This document shows positions 56,360 to 63,053 of a stretch of DNA of 64,000 bases, piece by piece. This DNA is from Bacteroidota bacterium (GTDB lineage Bacteria; Bacteroidota; Bacteroidia; Bacteroidales; VadinHA17). The stretch's first letter is position 1. Each line of letters opens with the position of its first letter. The notes beneath the pieces were generated by a model. That model saw nothing but the letters and a program-made list of their open reading frames with translations. It did no database searches and had not been told where the DNA came from. The position numbers were made by a program, and so were the translations under genes. Location: NCBI GenBank assembly GCA_003250475.1, contig QKGI01000048.1, forward strand, positions 196 through 64,195, in the 5' to 3' direction.

Positions 56360-56491
56360 CCTTAAGGATCATGCGACTATCAGGCTAATTTCTTTGCACG
56401 CAGCTGGACAATTGTTCGTATTTTGAGATGCAACCTTACTCGATTTGGGCCGTATAATTAGCTACTTTGTGTAACTAATAATGGACCCGGA

Positions 56492-57493
56492 TTGCCTGTA
56501 AGAACTAAATATCTGCTTGGCTTGCTTTTATCAGTTTCTGTTTTTGTGCAAGGCCAGGACCCGCAGTTTTCGCAGTTTTACGCCAACCAGCTTTACCTGG
56601 CGCCATCATTTGCCGGGGCAACTGAAGATTACAGGGTATCACTGAACTGGCGCAACCAGTGGCCGTCGATACCGGGAGTCTTTCATACTTACAGCTTCTC
56701 TTTCGACAAAGCCATACCAAACTTCAACTCGGGTATCGGTATCCTGGCCACTTACGATGTAGCCGGTTCAGGTGACCTGAGTACCACCAACATAGGTCTT
56801 CTCTACTCATACGACATTCAGATAAATGATGAATGGCATATAAGGCCCGGGCTGAACTTCAAATTCACATACCTGGGCCTTGATCTTACTAAGCTGATAT
56901 GGAACAGCCAGATCACCACTGGCGGTACGCTGCCTACCATCACACCTCCTCCTTTCGATAATGTCGCCGACATCGACTTCACCACTTCCGGCCTCATTTA
57001 TAACCAGAAGATATGGGCAGGTTTCACTGTAGACCACCTGCTGAGACCACGCACCTCATTCTGGGGTGACGATAACTCTGTCCCGATAAAAGTGGACCTC
57101 TTCGGCGGGTTCCAGATCGTAAGCCGGGGAAGGTTGAAAAAGAAACTTACAGAGGTTCTGTCTGTTGCTGCCAATGTGATGTTCCAGGGCGATTTCTACC
57201 AGTCTGACATCGGCGTCTATTACTTCAAGCACCCGCTGGTGTTCGGGGTCTGGTACAGGGGAATACCCTTCGCATCTACCAGGGACGTGTCTGCACAGGC
57301 AGGTGATGCCATAATAGGAATGATAGGCATAAAAACAGACCAGCTCAATATCGGGTTGAGCTACGATTTCACAATCTCAAACCTGATAACCTCTTCCGGT
57401 GGTGCTTACGAGCTATCGCTTATTTATTCGTTCACCTCCGCACAGATCAAGAGAGGACAGAAAATTCACGCCATTCCCTGCCCCGAATTCTGA
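56492..57493 (+). CDS. type IX secretion system membrane protein PorP/SprF family
   Basis: QDPQFSQFYANQLYLAPSFAG N-terminal signature, beta-barrel pattern, and a C-terminal YELSLIYSF-type motif. TTG start. Confidence 0.8.
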   Translation: MPVRTKYLLGLLLSVSVFVQGQDPQFSQFYANQLYLAPSFAGATEDYRVSLNWRNQWPSIPGVFHTYSFSFDKAIPNFNSGIGILATYDVAGSGDLSTTNIGLLYSYDIQINDEWHIRPGLNFKFTYLGLDLTKLIWNSQITTGGTLPTITPPPFDNVADIDFTTSGLIYNQKIWAGFTVDHLLRPRTSFWGDDNSVPIKVDLFGGFQIVSRGRLKKKLTEVLSVAANVMFQGDFYQSDIGVYYFKHPLVFGVWYRGIPFASTRDVSAQAGDAIIGMIGIKTDQLNIGLSYDFTISNLITSSGGAYELSLIYSFTSAQIKRGQKIHAIPCPEF

Positions 57494-57555
57494 GTCGCGA
57501 CACCCCATCAACAGACTGCACAGCTCATTCTTCTTTTTAATATTTAAAATTTGTG

Positions 57556-57563
57556 TATGTTTG
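57556..57563 (+). promoter_or_regulatory. -7 promoter box (TAtgTTTG)
   Basis: Matches TAnnTTTG, 37 nt upstream of the ATG at 57601. Confidence 0.4.
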
Positions 57564-57600
57564 TGCAACAATTTGTTAAACCATAATCTAAGATTCTGAA

Positions 57601-58203
57601 ATGAATAGATCATCTGTTGTAAAGAACACCCTGATATTATCAGTATTGGCTGTTGCCGGAACACTTTTTATTTCCGGCTGCGGTAAGAATGAGGCCGGCG
57701 CTGTCGTGGAAAAGTCGAACGATGTCAGGACAAGTATCGCTTATGTAGAACTGGATACGGTGATAGCCCGCTTTGACATGGCAAAAGACAAGGCTACCGA
57801 GCTTGAGGAGAAGACCAAAAACTCCGAAGCTGAGCTGACTTCCAAGTCACAGGCTTTTGACCGTGATGTAAGAGACTACCAGAACAAGGTTCAGAAAGGA
57901 CTGATCACCAGGGCCACTGCCGCTGAGATGGAACAGACACTTCAGCAGCAGCAACAGACCTTGCTGGCAAGACGTGATGAGATGGCCTACAATCTGAATG
58001 AGGAGAGTCTTGTTGCCCAGCGTCAGGTACTGGAGTATATCAACCAGTATCTTGCCGAGTTCAATGCTGATCACGGATATGAATATATCCTGGCAAAACA
58101 GTTCCCGGGACCGATACTCTTCAGTGACACCACGCTCGATATTACCGAGGCTGTTGTCGCCGGGCTGAACACAAAATACAACGCTGAGAAGGCTAAGAAA
58201 TAA
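57601..58203 (+). CDS. OmpH family lipoprotein (Skp-like)
   Basis: Lipobox (LFISGC) and a coiled-coil OmpH core (IAYVELDTVIARFDM...). Confidence 0.7.
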   Translation: MNRSSVVKNTLILSVLAVAGTLFISGCGKNEAGAVVEKSNDVRTSIAYVELDTVIARFDMAKDKATELEEKTKNSEAELTSKSQAFDRDVRDYQNKVQKGLITRATAAEMEQTLQQQQQTLLARRDEMAYNLNEESLVAQRQVLEYINQYLAEFNADHGYEYILAKQFPGPILFSDTTLDITEAVVAGLNTKYNAEKAKK

Positions 58204-58206
58204 GCT

Positions 58207-58623
58207 TTACTCTCCGGAAGACCTGCGGGCCCGCTTTTCGGCGGGCTTTGCTGTTTTTGATACCTTGCGCTCACGTCTTATCTTGCGCTCCTCCTCCGGG
58301 GTTACTATAATAAACAGATCCTCATCCGGCTTCTTCATCCGGTACTGTTCCCGGGCATACCTCTCCAGATTCTCATCACTGGTCCTCAGAGCGTTTAGTT
58401 TCCTGCGATCCTCATCAATACGCTCCATGTAGTACTCTTTCTCACGATTAAGCCTGTTACGGGTCCGGATCTCCCTGACACGCGAGATGAGATTGTTGGG
58501 ATCAAGAAGGACAATCCATATAACAAAGACCAGTATGGTTAGAACATACTTGTTCTTCATCCATGATGGCATACTGTCACGCAGGCCTGCCAGTGAAAAC
58601 CGCTGCCAGAAATCCGGTTTCAA
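58207..58623 (-). CDS. septum formation initiator family protein (FtsB/DivIC-like)
   Basis: N-terminal TM (YVLTILVFVIWIVLLD) followed by a coiled coil and the ...YAREQYRMKKPDEDLFIIV motif. TTG start at 58623, alternative ATG at 58572. Confidence 0.65.
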   Translation of the reverse strand: MKPDFWQRFSLAGLRDSMPSWMKNKYVLTILVFVIWIVLLDPNNLISRVREIRTRNRLNREKEYYMERIDEDRRKLNALRTSDENLERYAREQYRMKKPDEDLFIIVTPEEERKIRRERKVSKTAKPAEKRARRSSGE

Positions 58624-58654
58624 AAGTTATAGTTCTTTTTAGTTGTTAATTTTT

Positions 58655-58858
58655 TCATCCACCGCTCATCAGGTAGATCACCTGTACATTGTCACCATCA
58701 CGTATCACCTCCCCGCTGTAACTGTTACGGTCAACAATCCTTCCGTTAATCTTTACCGTCCTCATCCTGAAGGTGTACCGCTTTACCTCAAGTAACTTTT
58801 CAACGGTAATGCTTTCACCGTCAAGGGTCACCGGCTCATTATTAAGAGTTATCTTCAT
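58655..58858 (-). CDS. ThiS/MoaD family sulfur-carrier protein (67 aa, C-terminal GG)
   Basis: MKITLNNEPVTL...VIYLMSGG, a beta-grasp length protein with a terminal Gly-Gly. Trimmed to the ATG at 58858. Confidence 0.7.
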   Translation of the reverse strand: MKITLNNEPVTLDGESITVEKLLEVKRYTFRMRTVKINGRIVDRNSYSGEVIRDGDNVQVIYLMSGG

Positions 58859-58891
58859 TCCTCTGCTATTCTCCTGCTGGTATACGAATGG

Positions 58892-58899
58892 CAAATATA
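58892..58899 (-). promoter_or_regulatory. -7 promoter box (TAtaTTTG) for the ThiS/MoaD-like gene
   Basis: Reverse complement reads TATATTTGCC, 33 nt upstream of the ATG at 58858. Confidence 0.45.
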
Positions 58900-59025
58900 A
58901 CGACAAACAGCGGGATTTGCATTTGTCGAATGGCAATCTTCTGCATATTGACTATTATCATTAGAATGTGGATATTTATGCACGTTATTTGTAAATACCA
59001 TATAAAACAACTCACAAAAACTACC

Positions 59026-61179
59026 ATGGATTTAAACGAAATCAAGGCGAAGCACAAGCTTGTCAACAGATGGGACTACAACTGGACCCCTCTGGATAAG
59101 GGTTATACCGACAAGACTCTTTATATAAACGTCGGTTCGGGGGAGGTTAAGGAAAAGGATGTACCGCCGGAGATGAAAGAGAAATTCATCGGGGGGAAAG
59201 GGTATGGGCTCAGGTATCTTTGGGATGCTACCAAACCTGATACCAGATGGGATGACCCGGAGAATGAGATAGTCATCTCTTCAGGTCCGATAGGGGGTAT
59301 CACCCAGTATTCAGGCTCCGGGAAGTCTCTTGTCGTCACCATCTCGCCCCAGACAGACTCTGTCATAGACAGTAATGTGGGAGGTTTCTTCGGTCCCTTC
59401 CTGAAGTTCTCCGGCTTTGATGCCATCGAGCTACAGGGTAAAGCGGCCAATGATGTTATCATTTACATAAACGGCATAGATCACTACGTTGAGATCTTCG
59501 AGGCTCCTGCGGAGGCCCTCGACAGTCATGTGCTGGCTGAGCAGCTGACAGACATGTTCATTGAGAACGATTCGGAGCGGAAGAACATAGGTATTGTCTC
59601 AACGGGTTCTGCTGCCGATCATTCCCTCATAGGCATGCTCAATTTCACCTTTTACGATTCAAAGCGTAAGAAGATAAGGATGAAACAGGCAGGGCGGGGC
59701 GGTATAGGCACTGTCTTCCGCAATAAGAAGATAAAGGCTATTGTGTGTAAAATACCTGGTGTAAAGGGAAATCTCAATAACGTTGTCGACCTGGAGCCCA
59801 TCCAGGAAAGGGGTCGTCGTTTCAACCGTGAGATGCGCGAGCTTGACGACAAGCAGTGCAAGATGCGCCAGATCGGTACTGCCCACCTGATGGAGATAAT
59901 GGATGACCACGATCTTTTGCCTACCCATAATTACAAGTTCGGATCACACAAAGACTCACCCAGGATTGATTCCGGGGTCTGGAAGTCTTTCTTCACCCAG
60001 AACATACCTGACGGCTGCTGGATCGGATGTAATATGGCGTGTGCCAAGGCAATTGACGACTTCGTGATAAGTACCGGCCCCTATAAAGGGCAGAAGGTAA
60101 TAGTTGACGGGCCTGAATATGAGACAGCAGCAGGGCTTGGCTCCAATGGCGGCTTCTTCGATCCGCGATATATAATTGAGACCAACTTCTATTGTGACAC
60201 ATACGGTATCTGTACCATCACCTGGGGAACCAGCCTGGCATTCATGCAGGAGTGCTATGAGAACGGCATCCTCAATAAGGAACGTACAGGCGGACTCGAG
60301 CTTACTTTCGGTAACATACCTGCCGCACTCGAACTGCTGCACATGGTGTCACGGGGTGAAGGATTCGGGCTGATAGCAGGACAGGGTATACGCCGCATGA
60401 AGAAGATCTTTGCGGAGAAGGGTTGGGGTGACCCTCAGTTCATGCAGGATATCGGGATGGAAAACAAGGGTCTCGAGTATTCTCAGTACATGTCCAAGGA
60501 GTCGCTGGCTCAGCAGGGCGGGTATGCGCTCACCAACAAAGGCCCGCAGCATGATGAGGCATGGCTAATATTTATGGATATGGTCAACAACCAGATACCT
60601 ACATTTGAGAACAAAGCCGAAGCTCTTCATTACTTCCCGATGTTCCGTACATGGTTCGGTCTGGTGGGACTCTGCAAGCTGCCGTGGAACGATGTCGAAC
60701 CTGAAAATAATGCCGAAACCGACGAACCGGCTAAGGTGCCCGAGCATGTTGACAACTATGTTACCATTTACACGGCTGTCACCGGGAGGCCTTTCGATAA
60801 ACACAGGCTTGTAGAGGACTCTGAACGCGTCTATAACTTCCAGAGGGTATTTAACATACGCCGCGGTTACGGACGCCGTAAGGATGATGACCAGCCATAT
60901 CGTGCATGCGGACCGGTTACACCGGAAGAATACCTGTCCCGGGAGGAGCGTTATGACAAGCAGCTGAAGGAGAAAGTAGGCGTTGATCCCGAGGGAAAAA
61001 GCACTGAAGAAAAGATACGCATCATGAGACAGTATCGTGAAAAACAGTACGACCTTCTTCGTGATGCCGTATACCTGCGGCGCGGATGGAATAACAATGG
61101 TATCCCCACCATTGAACACCTGAAAAGGATCGGAATGGATCTGCCCGAGGTGATAGAGGTGGTAAGACCGCTTCAGTAA
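59026..61179 (+). CDS. aldehyde:ferredoxin oxidoreductase family protein (tungsto/molybdo-pyranopterin, [4Fe-4S])
   Basis: AOR N-terminal domain (KEKFIGGKGYGLRYLW), Cys cluster DGCWIGCNMAC, pterin-binding blocks (DGPEYETAAGLGSN, FYCDTYGICTI). 717 aa from the ATG at 59026, about 100 aa longer than classical AORs. Confidence 0.85.
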   Translation: MDLNEIKAKHKLVNRWDYNWTPLDKGYTDKTLYINVGSGEVKEKDVPPEMKEKFIGGKGYGLRYLWDATKPDTRWDDPENEIVISSGPIGGITQYSGSGKSLVVTISPQTDSVIDSNVGGFFGPFLKFSGFDAIELQGKAANDVIIYINGIDHYVEIFEAPAEALDSHVLAEQLTDMFIENDSERKNIGIVSTGSAADHSLIGMLNFTFYDSKRKKIRMKQAGRGGIGTVFRNKKIKAIVCKIPGVKGNLNNVVDLEPIQERGRRFNREMRELDDKQCKMRQIGTAHLMEIMDDHDLLPTHNYKFGSHKDSPRIDSGVWKSFFTQNIPDGCWIGCNMACAKAIDDFVISTGPYKGQKVIVDGPEYETAAGLGSNGGFFDPRYIIETNFYCDTYGICTITWGTSLAFMQECYENGILNKERTGGLELTFGNIPAALELLHMVSRGEGFGLIAGQGIRRMKKIFAEKGWGDPQFMQDIGMENKGLEYSQYMSKESLAQQGGYALTNKGPQHDEAWLIFMDMVNNQIPTFENKAEALHYFPMFRTWFGLVGLCKLPWNDVEPENNAETDEPAKVPEHVDNYVTIYTAVTGRPFDKHRLVEDSERVYNFQRVFNIRRGYGRRKDDDQPYRACGPVTPEEYLSREERYDKQLKEKVGVDPEGKSTEEKIRIMRQYREKQYDLLRDAVYLRRGWNNNGIPTIEHLKRIGMDLPEVIEVVRPLQ

Positions 61180-61207
61180 TCACACCTGAAGAAATACACC
61201 GGGAAGG

Positions 61208-61233
61208 GGCTGTCACCGCATAAGGGGACAGCC
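61208..61233. terminator. hairpin in the convergent spacer between the AOR and KamA-like genes
   Basis: GGCTGTC(a)CC ... GG(g)GACAGCC stem followed by a T-rich tract on the plus strand. Confidence 0.45.
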
Positions 61234-61240
61234 TGCTTCT

Positions 61241-62791
61241 TTATTTCCCGCTGAACTTTGACTTGCTGAAGGCAATATCAATCTGTTTTGCAGCGTCAAC
61301 GGGGTTGGTGAGAGGCATGTCGGCACTGAACAGCTCATAGTCGAGCAGCCTTGCCTTTTTGCTTCTCTCAAATGTCGGAAGCTTGGTACGGTTGGTAGTC
61401 TCCACATGGTTTCCCTGACTGTCGACGATTATCAGCTTCGGCAGAAAAACACCCTTCCTCCCGATAAACTCATCCATGATCTTCACCGAGTTGTCAAACT
61501 CTTTCCTTGTAGCTCTGCCAAGTGCCTCATACTTCACTATCCGTTTGTGATCCCATGTCATGACATTGGCAAAGCTCTCTGAGATCTTATCGTCTATATT
61601 CTTTTCGAGGTTCAGGGTGTCATGTCCTGACGGCATCAGCAGCACTTTTCCCCCGCCACCCTCTATGTTGGCTGCATAGCGGGGCACCGTGATACCGCTT
61701 ATCCAACCCTGAAGGTGTTTCATGTATATCTTGCCCACCTGTATGGGAGTGATGAAATGCACTATACCCTTCTCTTTGTGGCACTGCAACAGGTAATAGG
61801 GATGAACACCTATCCAGAACATACGCCGGAATGTCTCGGCAAGGGTCCGGTAATGATCATTGACATGGTTCAGCAGCACAGTCTGGTTGCGGATTGTGAA
61901 ACCATGCATGGTGATCTTCTTTACTGCAGCTGCCATATCAGCTGTCACCTCCTGGTAATGATTTATATGGGTCATGAAATATACATACTTATCAATCCCC
62001 TTGTTGTACCTGTTGGATGAGGCCCTGATCATCTCAAGCAGGTCATCGGTGATGAGCATTGGAAGTACCACCGGCACCCTCGTGGCTATTCTGATGACCC
62101 TGAGGTGGGGTATGCGGCTCAGCTCCTCAAGTATATATCTGAGCCTCCCGAAGCTTATCATCAGGGCGTCACCCCCTGTTACAAGCACCTCGTTTATGTT
62201 TTTGTTGTACCCGATATAGAAGAGTCCTTTATCCACCTCGTGGCTGTTGACATCAGCCGTGGTGTCAAGCGACTTGGCGCGCTGACAATGTACGCAGTAG
62301 GAGGCACAGCTTGTATTCTCAGCGACAAAGAGCGCCAGCCTGTTGGGATAACGCTGGTAAGCTGCGCCGTAACTTCGTGACCCCTCACTCATGGCCCCCT
62401 CAACGCCTGCGTTCGGAAACATCAGGTTGGCCGGGGTAGGCACACTCTGCCAGAATATCGGATCAAGGCGTTTTTTCGATACCTCACCGAAAAACACGGG
62501 ATTGAATGGATCTTCCTGCATCAGTGATGCATAATAGGGACTGATCCGGAAGGGCTCTTTACCCTCCTGCCGTAGTGTACCGATAGTCCTCCTGATCTCT
62601 TTCTCCTGGTGATCATTTAGTTTTATCACCCTCTTCAGCTGGTCAACGGATCGTATGGAGTTTTTCCTCTGCCACGCCGGATCGTTCCATTGCTCTGAGG
62701 TCACATCTTTCCACAACTCGATCGTGTTGTACTTCCGCGGATAGTATAAAAAGTCATCGTTATAGTCCATAGGCATCTCATTGTTTTGCAT
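61241..62791 (-). CDS. KamA family radical SAM aminomutase-like protein
   Basis: CASYCVHCQR CxxxCxxC cluster motif, VTGGDAL, PYYLLQC and GGGGK motifs of lysine 2,3-aminomutase relatives. ~100-aa C-terminal extension. Confidence 0.85.
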   Translation of the reverse strand: MQNNEMPMDYNDDFLYYPRKYNTIELWKDVTSEQWNDPAWQRKNSIRSVDQLKRVIKLNDHQEKEIRRTIGTLRQEGKEPFRISPYYASLMQEDPFNPVFFGEVSKKRLDPIFWQSVPTPANLMFPNAGVEGAMSEGSRSYGAAYQRYPNRLALFVAENTSCASYCVHCQRAKSLDTTADVNSHEVDKGLFYIGYNKNINEVLVTGGDALMISFGRLRYILEELSRIPHLRVIRIATRVPVVLPMLITDDLLEMIRASSNRYNKGIDKYVYFMTHINHYQEVTADMAAAVKKITMHGFTIRNQTVLLNHVNDHYRTLAETFRRMFWIGVHPYYLLQCHKEKGIVHFITPIQVGKIYMKHLQGWISGITVPRYAANIEGGGGKVLLMPSGHDTLNLEKNIDDKISESFANVMTWDHKRIVKYEALGRATRKEFDNSVKIMDEFIGRKGVFLPKLIIVDSQGNHVETTNRTKLPTFERSKKARLLDYELFSADMPLTNPVDAAKQIDIAFSKSKFSGK

Positions 62792-62822
62792 CGAGAGAAC
62801 CGGTATTCCACACCTTAATCTG

Positions 62823-62830
62823 CAAATATA
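62823..62830 (-). promoter_or_regulatory. -7 promoter box (TAtaTTTG) for the KamA-like gene
   Basis: Reverse complement reads TATATTTGCAG, 31 nt upstream of the ATG at 62791. Confidence 0.45.
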
Positions 62831-62855
62831 ACAATTTTTTGGAAGCCTTGTCTGA

Positions 62856-63053
62856 CGACCTCAAGACCCTCCCGACCGCAAGACTGCAAGACTGCAAGAC
62901 CGCAAGCCTGCAAGACCGCAAGACTGCAAGACCGCATGACTGCAAGACTGCATGACCGCAAGACGGCATGACTGCACGACTGTCCCGACCTCAGACCTTC
63001 AGACTTCAGACCTTCAGACCTCAGACCTTCAGACTTCAGACCTTCAGACCTCA
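62856..63053 (-). repeat. mosaic octamer-array intergenic element, copy 3 (inverted relative to copies 1 and 2)
   Basis: Read on the minus strand from the TGA stop (63051-63053): 8 GGTCTGA(A)-type units forming an exact 30-nt tandem duplication (62991-63020 = 63021-63050). Then GAGGTCGGGACAGTCGTGC and 13 strictly phased GTC(T/A)TGC(A/G)-type octamers (62878-62981), then GGTCGGGAGGGTCTTGAGGTCG. Confidence 0.9.

Noticed and set aside
58201-58209. Convergent OmpH-like and FtsB-like genes whose stop codons are only 3 nt apart, with no room for a terminator.
   Set aside because: This is real but unremarkable in compact genomes, and nothing further can be inferred from sequence alone.
58655-58858. 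Calling the 67-aa GG-terminated protein ThiS (thiamine biosynthesis).
   Set aside because: There is no TPP riboswitch or thi gene nearby, and the gene is divergent from a pterin-dependent AOR. I kept it as a generic ThiS/MoaD family protein with a MoaD-like role favoured.
62878-63050. Possible CRISPR array, because of the regular short repeats.
   Set aside because: The units are 7-8 nt and directly abutting, with no unique spacers. There is no leader and no cas genes. The structure is micro/minisatellite-like, not CRISPR.
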